A stretch of 64,000 nucleotides of DNA from Chrysomallon squamiferum (lineage: Eukaryota > Animalia > Mollusca), in NCBI GenBank assembly GCA_012295275.1, contig CM022672.1, forward strand, positions 21,700,001-21,764,000, given 5' to 3'. Below are positions 40,213-54,100 of this stretch, one piece after another. Numbering within the stretch: the first letter of the stretch is position 1; every line of letters starts with the position of its first letter. A model generated the notes under the pieces. It did not search any database and was not told the DNA's origin. It worked only from the letters and a program-made list of their open reading frames with translations. The translations under genes and the position numbers were made by a program.

Positions 40213-43200
40213 ATGGCTGCAGATATGTTCCAGATTCAGAATATGTGGAATATGTTAACAGAAAACAGCGATGAACAGAAAGAAAACGAATCTCCTGTTC
40301 GTAAGAGTGGTAGAAAGTCTTGGTTTGACACACCAAGATCGACGAAATTGGAAATTGCTGTAGAAAAAAAGAAACGTCGGTCTCCAGGGTCTGGAAATTC
40401 TAAAAATAAAAGAAAGTCTGAGGAGATGGAAACGTTATTATTAACCCACTTCACCAATCCTCCACACATTGAGTTTGGAAAAGTTAGAGTAAAAAATTCG
40501 CGAACAAGACATTTAGTATTGAAAAACCCACACGACTATGAACAAGAAGTCGTCATTGAAAAATTTCCTTACAAAAAGAAATTTTTTGTCGATGAAACCA
40601 AACTATTGGTTGGACCAGATGATTCTGAAATTATTACTATCACCTGGAGTCCTGAGGAAAGTGGACGCTGTAGAGAAATGTTGCTTTTCAAAGTTGATGG
40701 TCTTTATCGATTGCAAGCTTTCCTGTTGGGTTCAGCAGAACCTGAAAAGCAAATTCGAAAAGGGGTAAGTTTTATCTTTGTTATCATTGTCAGTAATAAC
40801 CATAACTGAAAAAAGGTATATGCACAAAACTGATGATGCTATTGACATAACATTTTTGAGCTTCTTTAATTGTCAAAACTGGACCTGATTATTATGAACA
40901 TGTTTTAAAATGCTTGCTCATGCTCATGCAGATTTCTGATTCGAATTTGATATACATTTATCATTGATTTTGTATTTTATCACAAGTTTAACTAAAGTAT
41001 TTAAAAGAAATTATTTCATTGGACTATAATTAGAGAAATTATTGAAAAATCATAATAATAAAAAGTTTTAGTTTTAATAAATGCCTTGACTTAATAGAAT
41101 CACACTCCACGGTCAACCTTCCTTTTGTTAAAGCAATTTCAGAACAGTCAGCGTAAGAACAGTTCAGTGCCATCAGATGGTTTTAATAACATTTAATATG
41201 AGTAAATAAAAATAAAATTTGAAATCTTATAAAACAAACTGTTGACTGTTTTCAGCCTCAGAGAAAAGGAATTTTGGGAACTAAAGTGAAACGACCTTTC
41301 TCCATCCTGCACACACCTGGGTTAGCATGCATCCGGGATAACTACAGTCCACAGGATTCATCAGAAAAGCCTAGATGGAAACAAGAAAGAGAGCCTTTGT
41401 CCAAAAATCATGATCAGGCAAATAAATATCGCGAAAAAGATGCTGCTTTTTCACCCCCGACACTGGAATCCACTGTTATTTCAAAGCCAGTGGGGGCAGA
41501 AATGTGTCGATCAGTAAAAATGTCTGACCTAGGCTGTTCACCATCACTTCTGACCAGTGTCAGTCCAATAGCACATGCACCAGATGATAACTATATTTTT
41601 GATTCGTACTCTGCTGTTAGGCAGACATCTCCACAGACTGAGATTTGTATTAATGGTGAAGTCGGAAAACAGGGGAATAACTTTTCAGAACTCTGTGAAT
41701 CTGGTCCAAAACTGTCATTTGACACTCCAATAAAAGATACAGCATCAGCTTGCAAAGTGGAAGAAAATGGAATAACAACACCTTATAATGATACTGAAAA
41801 TCTGGACAATCAAAACAATTGGGATGTGAAGAAATACATTTCACCTGAAAGTTTTCTGAATGACTCCCTCTGTGTAAAATCCAATGCTGTTGGTAATGTT
41901 GAATCATCACAGCTGTATGTTCCACCTGAAGACAGGTTTGCGAAGGTCATCGTCAGCCCAAATTCTTTTCTGGAGGATCTGAATGCTAGCATTGCTTCAA
42001 AAGATGGGCGAGCAAGCAGGTATGGGTCTGAGATTCCCAGTCCGTCATCACTCCTGAATGACTCCATTCCTCATAATGTGATGTTGAAGCAGCTTTCCAC
42101 TGTGCGTACAAGTTTGATAGGTCAGAACAATAAACGTGATGAACGAGTGATAAATTCCACAGAAGAAGTTATTAACATTTTCTGTCCATCTGAATGCACA
42201 CTGAGATCCACCTTTTCTTTGTTTCAAGCTAAGGCTAAAACTGGAGGAAAACCAAAATCACTTTCTAGGAGTATTCTCAGAAAAGAACAACGATTTGCAA
42301 AAATTTCAGATGTCCAGAGTCCCAGACGAACAACATATCTTGTGAAAAATGTCAAAGGCAAAGAGCAGAAGCAAACAAAGAACAGAACACTGTCAAGAAC
42401 TCAGAAATACACTAACATACATAAAGCAGGAGTTAAAGGTGTAAAGAAAGCACAGCAAGAAGGCAAAGACATCCTTCCAAATGAGTTAGATGCTGCTGAT
42501 AGTCTTGCAACAACACCAAAGGCCAATAAGTCTGGTTCTGAAACAGTCAGTAAATTAAAACAAAAAGATATTCTAAATCTTTCTGGTTCAGATACTGTAA
42601 TCAAAATGAAACACAAAGCTCCCTTGAATCTTTCAGGATCTGAAACAGTCACCAAAAAGAAACATAGTAATATTCAGAGTCCTGAAATGTCACCAAAAGA
42701 ACATTATACCACAAATAATTGTATGGACACACCAGAATTGAAGGTAGCAGACAGTCCAGAAGTGACAAAAGCATTTTCTATTACAACAGCTGATGGCAAG
42801 GTTACTTCAGTGAAAAGACTGTTTGCTGATCAGCTTGATAATGTGGAAACAGGGAACAAGGAAAGTCCTGCAGTTCCAAAAGTACTTTCTGAAACTGTGA
42901 CCATAATAAAGAATGTGATCTCTGGTGAATCTCCCAGCTGCTGTCCATTTGTTGACATAGGATCACCCCAGACTTTGCCAGACTCTCCTGTTACAACAGT
43001 GAATACACATACTATAACAAAACTGAGAACATCAGATGCCTTACTTCAGGCATACAACAGAACAATCCAGAAGGAATTATTTCAAAAGGCAGAACTGATG
43101 ACGTCTGGAGAAGAACATCATTGTGTAAAATCTGTGGAAAAGACCAGCTCTGATCTTGAAGGAAAAACATACTGTCTCTCTGCCTCAGAAACTAAGAAGT

Positions 43201-44435
43201 TTGGACAGGTCATCAACGAGGTTACATGTACAAAAATGCTTGACAAAGAAGATATTTGCTATTCTGGCTCTAACAGAAGGGGTTCTACACAACATTCCAA
43301 ACTGACTGATATTGTTTCACCAGTTTTTACCTCCTCATCTCAGACTCTACCCAGCAGTCCTGTTCTTGAACACAGCCGAAGATCCACTCATGTTATTAGT
43401 AAACCAAAGCTGCTGAATCCAAATGCTAGTGGGAGAAGACTTTTTCCAGCACTGTCTGACAGAGAAACCCATGATCAGCCATCGTTCACTGTTGGATTAG
43501 ATGCAGAAATAAACAACACACCAATTCTCACCCCTTTGGAGGACTCTCAGTTGCCTAATAAGGAGGAGAATCAGGTTTTTGAGTCAACAAGAATTGATTC
43601 CAACCCTTGCATAATTGTGACACCTCCATGTGTTTCACTGATAACTGATCCTGCTATTAATTTTAATGAAAGCGGAACTGTCCAGAATACTGCTTCAGAA
43701 TTTACTGAGTCACTGACATTAGTGAATTCTGAAAAGCAGACTTTAAGGTGTTTATCTAAAAGTCACAGCAACAATATCTCAAAACCAAGTCCCAACAGTG
43801 AGACGAAGAGAAGGAAAATGAAGGCTTCACGTAGGTCTTCTGAAATATCAGCAGATATGTCCAATAAAACTGCTTTTGTTTCCAGTTCACTTACATCAGA
43901 ATGTGAAAGTAGAAATTTACTTAATACTACGAAAGGCAGCCGAAGTTTCATGAAGTCAGACACCTCAGACTTCAGGAAAAGGAAGAGTGATTTAAAACCA
44001 GCAGCACCTAAATCTGTACAGAAGAAAACTGTGAGAAATGAGGTGGTGGAAGGACAATCTTCCAAGCAGAATAAACTTGAGAAGTCTTCATCTGAGACTG
44101 GTAAAAAGAAAGGTTAGTTTATATTTTTTTATAATGGAGAATATTTTGTAAACATGTTCAGCCTCTATATAATAGTTTGTATAGCATATTATATGTAAAG
44201 GTTAGTATATATAATACTATATTAAAACTTTTTTTTAAAGCATTTTATCATCCTCTGTGTTCTGGTTTAATTGAGAAAGGTAAAATGTATGTTTAATGTG
44301 TAACTAGGTGGCGATTTTGTTTTTGTTTTTTGTCTTTAAATGAAAATATTTAGATTTATTATCTGATCTATTAATTATGTTATTTATTTATTTCTTCTTC
44401 TTTTTTTAAAATTATTTTATCTTATCTTATCCTAT

Positions 44436-44466
<31 letters not shown>

Positions 44467-47400
44467 TATTTATTTATTTATTTGCCTAATACATATATTT
44501 TTATTAAGTCAATTCAGAAAATTGAATTATTAAATCTTATTTCAGGTCTTTTGTGGAAGCTTTCATCGGCAAAAAAGAAACGACAGTCATTAGCAGTTGC
44601 ACAGCCAAAACTTATCCTCATAAAGAAGTCAAAGTCTGGTATGTACAGTAGAAAGTTATGTAATAAATAAATAAAATATTTGCCTTTTATTGTTTATATG
44701 TTACTTATAAAAATAAATGTTGCCAATTTTCATGTCTTATTTTTCTAATATCTTTAGAAAGAAAAATATGGCCATGCTTTTACTATCTAGAATTTTTAAT
44801 TTAAAAAAAGAGTAACAACTAACATAAAATGAATATAAAATAATGAAACTTTGTCATTAGTTTATACTTTAGTTTATAAAATGGGTGTGTTTGGTTAGAT
44901 TTGCAATCTCATAAATTTCTTTATCAAACAATTACCAGATTATAGATTTTTTAATTTTTAATAATTTTTTAAAAAAAATCATTAATTTAAAGATGTAATT
45001 TTGCATGCCATGCTCAACAATGTGTAATCATTATTTTACTTTTTTTTTTTTTTTTTTTTTTTTTCAATCCTTTATTAAAAGAAGATTTAGGTTTTCAGTG
45101 CCTTGTTTGGCAATATGTAATGATTATTTTCTCCTGCAGGCATGATGCCAAAACACCCAATGCCCTTTGCTGCCAAGAACATTTACTATGATGAGCGCTG
45201 GAAAGACAAACAGGACCGAGGTTTTGTCAAATGGCTCAACTTCATTCTGACACCAGCTGATGAATACAACTACAGTCTCAGCAAGACTAAAGGTATTGTT
45301 ACAGTGTATCTTTGTATATTTATACAAATAGACAGTTCTGTGTTACTGTATTATTTCTGTAAGGAATAAAAAAAAATCATCAAAATGTTTTTTAAAAAGA
45401 ACAAAAGATCTTCAAAAGAAAACAAAGAAACTGGTGGTCCAAGCAAGTCATTGTAAAGTTATTGTATCTTCAGTATAATACTATCAGATGGTTAATATAA
45501 ATATAAATATAAAATGCACATTTACATGCTCACACATATACACACGCAAAACGATAAAATAAAGTTTGTTACATTTTCATTTGTTTCTTTTATTGGCAAA
45601 TGTTACTATTAGTAAAGATTCTTTTGAAGAAGGTACATTTCAAAAATTCTTGGAAGCATATATATGCATTTAAGCTATCCATACAACATAAGAAGACTCA
45701 AACTTGGTTAAAGAATGATGTTTTATTAAATTTGAAATTTTAAACATGTAAAAATATGGTATTTTTTCCAGTTGATGTTGGATCTATTGCTGTCAGTGGA
45801 AACAAAGATGGAAGCTGCAGGGCGCCAACAAAAGAGGTCCTGTCTTTTAGGGCCTATGCAGCTAGACGTAGGCTCAATCGGCTAAGACGAGCTGCATGTC
45901 GTTTATACCAGTCAGAAGAAATCGTTACTGTCATTCTCAAGATTGAGGTTGAGAAGTAGAGAGGCTTGGTTTGGCTGTCAGGAAAGACAGAATGCTCCAT
46001 GCAGACATTGGTAGGTTTCGGAATATTTTTCTTGCCTTTGTTCAAGTGTTGGTTATAACTGAAACCACTGCCATAAATCATCAGTGTCGGGCAATTTTGT
46101 TCTTTAGTTATTAGTTGTTTGTGGAAGCTGTTTTCAGTGTATTTTACAAATTTACAGATTGATTAAAACTGCAGTTAGACCATAGAAAATACAGTATTTT
46201 ATGTGTTCTTATCTATATATGTATAATTATTATTATTATTATTATTTTGTAGTCTTCTTAGTGGTCATTTAGTATTATATGACAGAATTATTGTTGTGTC
46301 TTTTTTAAAAAGATCTTTAACACTGATGAAGAGGACACATTTATTTGAACTCACTGCATGTATTTATTAAAGAAATTAATTAAATGACATCCACACCTGT
46401 TCTGTTGATTTAAATACTATAATGTTTGTGTCAGTTTAATACAACATTACCTTTAATGTTTAATTCTTAAAACTGATTATTATCAATTAGGATTATATTA
46501 ATATTACTGTTCTTACTTGATATCATATCATGCAATAAAACTGGGAGGTTTGTCCTGTTGCTCATTTTCAGGAATAAAACAGCGAATCTTGGACATGCTG
46601 CTTTGCTACAATCCTCTATGGCTGAGAATTGGTTTGGAGGTAAGGTGTCAGATGTAGCTTTGTTTTGAAATGTACAATGGTGATGTGAACATTTTACATT
46701 CTTCAAAATAGTTTTGTTATTAACAGAAATCTCTTTGTGAATAACGTACAGAAAAAGCAAAAGCACATGTATGCAGACACACATACCTGCCTTCATACAT
46801 ACATATATACCTGTTTAGCTACATACACACATATAATAATTATCAATTTATTGCAAGATTATCAAACACTTGAGGATATTTTTTAATACTAAAATAAATT
46901 CAACGGCTACAAATTTATTTATTTTATTTTTTTTTCAGACTGTGTTTGGGGAAGTGTTACCATTACAGTCAAATACAGATGTTGTTGGTATGTCCAGATT
47001 CATTCTGTACAGACTAGTTGACAGTCCAGACATAGCCAGGCAGTTTTCCCACCCTACAGTGCCTCATCTCTACAGAGATGGTAAGCTTTATCTCTGTAAC
47101 ATTTATTAATATATTTGATTTTCTTTCATGTTTACCTTTTTCCCTTGGTTAAAACTCCATGTCTAATTTTCATAACAGTTAAATATTCGCTGAGTGCAAA
47201 ACCTGAAGAGAATGAATGCTGTAAAGTCAATAATATTATACTTGAAAGACTGAGTAGACAGTTAAAACTGAAATAAATTGGCATTTCCATAAACAGGAGT
47301 TAATCATATTATTAAACTAACTTAAGCAGAAATGTGTGTGTGTGTGTGTGAGTGAGTGTCACTGTTAGTATTAAAACAATGCTGATATCACTTTATAATT

Positions 47401-48124
47401 TAATTGTTACTGAAGATTATGTAAATTAATATTTACATATAGCTCTTATTAATAAGTAATAATACCATCCACAATTAAAGTATTATTATTATTATTATTT
47501 CTTAATGAAAAGTAGTTAGCTTATCTACAGTGGTGTATATGTTGTTAGTTGTTTTTTTGTTTTTTTGTTTCAGGTTGTTTTAGATTTTAATATTTCTAAA
47601 TCAAATGTTCATCTTGTTTTCTAATTTTAGGTTATGCTGAGGCAGTGGCTCAGCATACACTGAAGAAATTTTTGATGGTTGTGTTTTTCCTTGATCGTGC
47701 TAAAACTTCGAGACTTATTGATCATGATCCTTGCCTCTTCTGCAAAGATGCTGATATTAAGGTAAGAAACCAAATTTTCATCTTCCATAAAATTAGATGA
47801 AAACAACAATAAAAAGTTAAAGCTTTTTGGTTTTCTCTTTTTTTTTTATATTTATTTTCTAGTTCATAAATCTGTATTCTAATTTTCTTGCATTATTTTC
47901 TGTTTTTATTTCATTATTTATTTGTTATGATTGTTATGAAAATTCTTTTGTAACTTTCTTATAGCAAAACTATAAATCCCACCTAAATTCAAATATTGTG
48001 ATTTTTTTAATTCTATTATTTATTTGTTTGGAGGCAGAGGGTTTCTGTTCAATCCATTGAGGCTTTTTTTTTTTTTTTTTTAATTATTTTTTAGTTTACT
48101 TTTATAATGATATTTGCATTTCTA

Positions 48125-48161
<37 letters not shown>

Positions 48162-51100
48162 CATATAGGCCAGTAAAGATTTGCTTGTGTGTTTTTCACG
48201 GGACTATCTAAGTGGTGAAGGGGACATTACAAGACATCTGTCATACCTCGGCTACACCGTCACCCACATCCAGACAGCCATGGACGAGTTTGATTATTCC
48301 GTAACAAATCTTGGCGTTGACCTCCGTGACGGATTTCGATTAATGTATGTTTGTTTTTTATAATCACTGGAAGTTGAAATAGATAGTGTTTAAGATATAA
48401 TTTTTTAAATATTTATTTATTTTTTCAAAATAATAATAATAATGAAATAATAATAATAATACTTTAAAATTACAAACCTGATTGTCTAAAACAGTTTCCC
48501 CTGTAATGACAATGTTGTTGTTTTTAAAATTGATTATTCTGTAACAAAATATAGCACTGAAAATCTCCATGATGGATTTCAATGGTTGTAAATTAAATGT
48601 AATGTTTGTTGATTTTGTAACAGAATTTGTTAATCTCTGGAAGGTGAAAAAGATAGTCTTGTATAAAATATAATTTTATTAAAACAAATTTATTCTTAAT
48701 TTTTTTGAGGTGTTGCCTTTTTATTTTTATTTTTGTATCGGGTAGGACAACAGAACCAAAACTTAACTTTCTAAGAACCCAAAGTGTAGTAAAAGAAAGA
48801 AAAAAAAGAAAAGTAAATAAAGAAAAAAGTCTGTTAATAAAACATAGTAGTTTCTAGGTAAAAGAAATAAGAAAGATTATTGAAGTATTTTGATTCTTTA
48901 ATTAATTTCATTAATTTGTTTTAATTTTTGATTATTTATTTATTTATTTATTATTATTATATACATTTTTTTTTTTTTTTTCATGTGCCTGCTGAATAAA
49001 ATATCTCCAGCTGAACAATATTATTTTTAAGTAATAAAATATAATTGTGAAAATTAAATTCTGTACATATGTACCCAGCTTGTTTGCTAGGGTATGAAAG
49101 TTTCACTGTGTGTGTAGCTGTGTGTTCATTTGTTTGCTTTTTTTTTTTTTTACAATTTATAACATTTTATTTCATTTTTTGTTTCATATTTGTAAAATTT
49201 TATTTTATTTTGGTTTATTATTTGTAACATTTTATTTTAAGGCGAGTTTTAGAATTTCTGATTGGAGAATGGAATCTAATGAATCAGTTGCGTGGTCCAG
49301 CTATCAGCAGACTGCAGAAGCTGCACAACGTAAACATGGTGTTCAAAACACTGTCTGAGCGAGGACTCGACATGGCACAGGTCGAAGGTAATTAAAGAAT
49401 GGTGATCATTTTTTCTTTCTGCACAATTTTCTAAATTATGTCTGTTTTCCAGCTACAGTGGTTAATTCCTAAACTCGTGTCTGCACAGAAATAGAGTTAA
49501 AATTAGTGCAAGGATCTGACTGACTGACCTTCAGATCTTTTTTCCTGATCCGATCATTCCATCACCTCTGGTACACAAATGCCTACATGCTGAAATAAAC
49601 AAAAAAAACAAAAACAAACAAGTGATGGGGAATCAGATAATAAGAACCAGTTAAACCATTAAAAAAAAAAAAAAAAATATACAGTGTTTTGTTAAAAACG
49701 ACTGAAGTAATTTAATAGAGAAGTAAAAAAAAATATATATGGTCAAGAGTCAAGCATGCAAACATCGTTAGCAGATAATTATCACTTCAATAGCTTTTTG
49801 CGCTTTAGATGAGCCTTCAGTAAACAAATCCGGGTATACACTCCACAGACTGAAAACATTACAAACTTGCACCTGACAGTGGGAAATACTGTAACACAAC
49901 CTCTAAAATAAATTATTAATACTGAGAAAGCTTTGTGGTTTTTTTTGGTGGTTTTTTTTGAAACTCATTTTGGAGAATAAACTAATCAAAAATAGTTTTC
50001 TTCACCAATGAAAAATATCTAGCAGCTGTTGGTTATGGTTTTTAACCATTTGAATTGGATGAAAACCTACAAAAAATAATGTTAAATATAGGCATCTTTA
50101 TAAGAGTGTGTGTGTCTGTACTCTATAAACTGCTATGTACTGTGCTTAAAATATATCTAATAAAAGTTGCTAATTTTGCAGCTGAGGTAAATGATGAACA
50201 GCGACAAGCAGTTTTATCTTTAATATATTTCACCCATGAATCGTAAACTATGCAAAATATAAAGATACTAAACTGAATGTGTGTGTGAGTTTGTGTACAA
50301 ATGTTCATTTCAGACCTAATTTAGATTAAATTTTGTTTAAGAATCCTTAAACTCAACTTTCATTGCCTATAGTTAGCTTCAAGATTCTAATAAAGAAATA
50401 ACGTAGTGGTAATCTTCTATTCATCTGGTTCTGGTATCATTTAAAGCTTTTTTTTTTTTTTTTTACTTTTAAATTATAATCTTTTTTTTTTTTTTTTACT
50501 TTCAGGAGGACAGGTAACTGCTCGTGACGTAGTTGACGGACATCGAGAAAAAACACTGAAGTTACTGTGGTATATCATCTTTCATTTCCAGGTACAGTGT
50601 TCTTACTTTCATTTCTTTCTTTTCTTTTTATAATATATATATATGTATTAGAATATATATATATATATATATAACTAGCCATTTGTTACAAAAATAAAGA
50701 ATATTTGTGTTGTGTAACTAAGTTATTCTGTTTGCCCTCAGATTTAGAATATTTATATTGCTTAAGTTATTGCCCTCAAAAATAGTTATGACGTTAACTA
50801 GCTATTTGTTACAAAATATAAATATAAAAAAATATAGAGTATATATTGGCTCACATGCACTGTCAATTGTTGCCAGGGAAACTAAGTCTCTGAATTATTT
50901 TTGTCCAACTCAGATTCTAGATTCCCATGGCAACACTTTGAAATGGTACATTGTTGTCATGGAAATGTAGACTATGAATTTTAAATGTCATTAACTTACA
51001 AAAAAGGACCCATCTGGTTTCCTGTACACCAAAACTGACTAAAGGGATGGTCTTTCTTGACATTAAATTTTGTTTTTAATTTTCCAAATAATACTAATAT

Positions 51101-54100
51101 CTCTGTATCTTTAAAAATGTATCTACTGGGCCCCAAAACCATAGCTTAAATATTGGTAATTATTCACTATCAACACTCAAGCTGTCATTAGACAAATAAC
51201 ATGAGTAATTTACTGATGCTGAACTTGTATCAAAATGGAAGTTCAACCATTACAAATAGCCAAAGCTGCAAAACAATTTTATTTACTTTGTCATCCATCA
51301 ACAAGCGAATTGTATATATATTCTAAAATGATGTTGTAAAAAATTATTTTTTTTAAAATCCTATTTAGGTGGACATTCTGATTAACAAAGAAGAGCTCAT
51401 TGAAGAAATAAAATACCTGGAACGCAGCCTAAGAATTAAGATCAGCATGCAGAAACTGCTGCACATCAATCAAGAGAACATTGGTAAATTAGCAAATCCC
51501 CAGAATCCAAAACCTGAACATTTTTTTTACCCTTGAAAATAGAAATAGCTTTATGTTACTGTTAAATGTAGAACTTTGGGGTTTTTTACACTATGGATTA
51601 TAGCCTTTGGGATTATGCCTAACAATGATAGGCTGCATGTTCCTTTATCAGAACAGAAATTCAATGATACGTGTTCTGTATCACCTGTTGCAACAAATAA
51701 TGTAATGGTATTTGTTAACTGAATTTAAAGACATCCTCCCTATTGCATTGTTGGGATTATTTCTTGCTCCACCTAGAGCCAAAGACAGCTTTATCAAATG
51801 ACTTGATATGTGCATATTGCATTTCTCATGACTAATACCACATTGTGACACACATTGTTATTTTTAAAATGCATGAACAGCTTCTCAAATAAAAGTATCA
51901 TGTAATAACATTTCTATTCAAAATAAATAAGAAAAATTAATGAAAAAAAGATATGTTAAAAACAAAATAAAATAAGAAACACTGAATTTCAGTTCTCAAG
52001 TGTGTGTGTGTATGTTTGTGTGTGTTCCTTTTCTATTTTTTATTTGTTCTTTCTTCATCTTAGTATTTTCAAACTGCATTTTTTTAGTAATCATTCGATT
52101 ACTTTTTTAATTTTGTTTCATTTTCTCTGCTAATTAGTTTGAACTTTTCACCTTCTGAGTGCCAGTATCTCTGTACATTTATTTTACAGCAAGACGAGAT
52201 TCAGGAGAAAAGAACATGTTTATGGAAAACGAAAGACTGGCCTTACTCCTTCAGTGGACCAGAACTGTCTGTCTTCATTATGGTGTTAAGGTGAACATCT
52301 TCAACCATTTCAGTTTTTCATATTCTTTGACTTTGTTAACTGTAGTGACAAAAGGCTAAATAAAATAAAATAATTTCTTGTGGTTAAATCTGGAAACTGC
52401 CAACACTTTAAAATGCATTCTTATTTTCATTCTGTTGTTTATCAGGACAGAAGTGTCCCACACACAAACATATTCATAAAACACTTAAGCTGATTTTTAA
52501 AAAAGATCTAGAAAACAAGACAAAGAGAGCATGAAACGGAAGCAAAAATATTTAGATCTAAAATGAAATAATGCGTAGAATAATTGTATCAGTGTCAACG
52601 TATTTTGTTAAATACTGCTAGGTCATGCTTTAGTGTTGCAGCAGCAGATCTGTTGAACTTGATGAGATGTCAGCTAGGAGATGATCTGGCTTTGTAACAC
52701 AACTAATTTCAGCTAGTTACACACATCTGTGCTATACACTGTTCTGTGGGGGATGGGGGATTATTCTTCTAAGTTGTTATTTTATTGTGTTAGCCGGGCT
52801 GTCATTGTTAATAACAAAGTATGATAACATGATGAATAATAGTTATTCCAAAATAGTTAACCTGCCCAGTACATGATGATGTCACAACTAAAGAAAAATC
52901 GCATCATCCAAATATATTTAAACTAGTACACTTTCGTTATTATATTTAGTTATTTATTAAGAGTGGAGTATTTAAAAAACACCAGTAACAAAAAAAATAA
53001 ACTATCCTCACAAATAAAATGTAACTTGGAACTACTTTGAATAAAAAATAACTTTGAAGTAAGCAAAATTTATACTTAAAAGCTTTTTACTTGCATCAGC
53101 AAAGATATTCATTAACCAAAAAAAATCATTTCTTCTTGTTTTAGGTGGAGAATTTCACTGTGTCATTTTCTGATGGGCGCGCTCTGTGCTGTCTGGTGCA
53201 TCATTACCACCCCGGCCTGCTGCCCTTAGATTGTATTCACATGAATACAAGTCAGAGCTACCAGCAGAAACTGGAAGATGAGGAATCGAAGCAGGTGGAC
53301 GCAAATCTGAGTCAGGGAGATGACCTCAGCTTCGTTGAATTAAAAGGTTTGACCTCAAATATTTATTAGGCAGTTTCATTCATATAGTCATGAAAGATAA
53401 CCATATAGATTTGGGTTCTCTTTGCATTATGTGCTAATAAAGAACTGTCAGTTACTGTTTAAAGAACTGTTTGGATTAGGTATTATTTAAGGAACTGTTT
53501 GCATATCATAGTTTTTATAGGACTATTTAGACTAGGTGCCTTTAAGAGACTCTTTAGATTAGGACCATTTAAGCAAATTCCTGGATTTGGTACTATTTAA
53601 GGAACTGACTTAGATACTGTTTAAGTCACTGTTTATATACATATATATATATATATAATTAACAAACACTTTTGTCTCACCAGACGAGCCCCAGCTGTTT
53701 GACACGCTGGTTGACAACGAGAGAAAGAATTTCAAACTGCTCTACGAGAAGATGTCCGAACTTGGAGGTGTTCCCTTGATGCTGAAGTCGACGGACATGA
53801 CCAATACTATCCCTGATGAAAAAGTGGTCATCACGTACATGACCTATCTGTGCAGCAGACTGCTGGACATTCGTCATGAGTCTCGGGCAGCGCGAGTTAT
53901 CCAGGCAGCTTGGAGGAACTACATTCTGAGACGAATGCTCAAAGTTAGAGAGGTATCTCATTCAGTTAAAACTTTTTATTACACTGCTCATCCAAAATCC
54001 TGAGGAACAGACCATAAATACACTGTATAGATAGGATTTATTTATAAGAAACATTCATTAAAAGTTGTTATAATCACAAAATAAAATTACTGTACATAAT

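Noticed and set aside
41650-44065. Antisense ORFs overlapping ASPM exon 2 and similar shadows over the IQ exon
   Set aside because: Shadow ORFs of a long coding exon with no independent motifs or splice signals.
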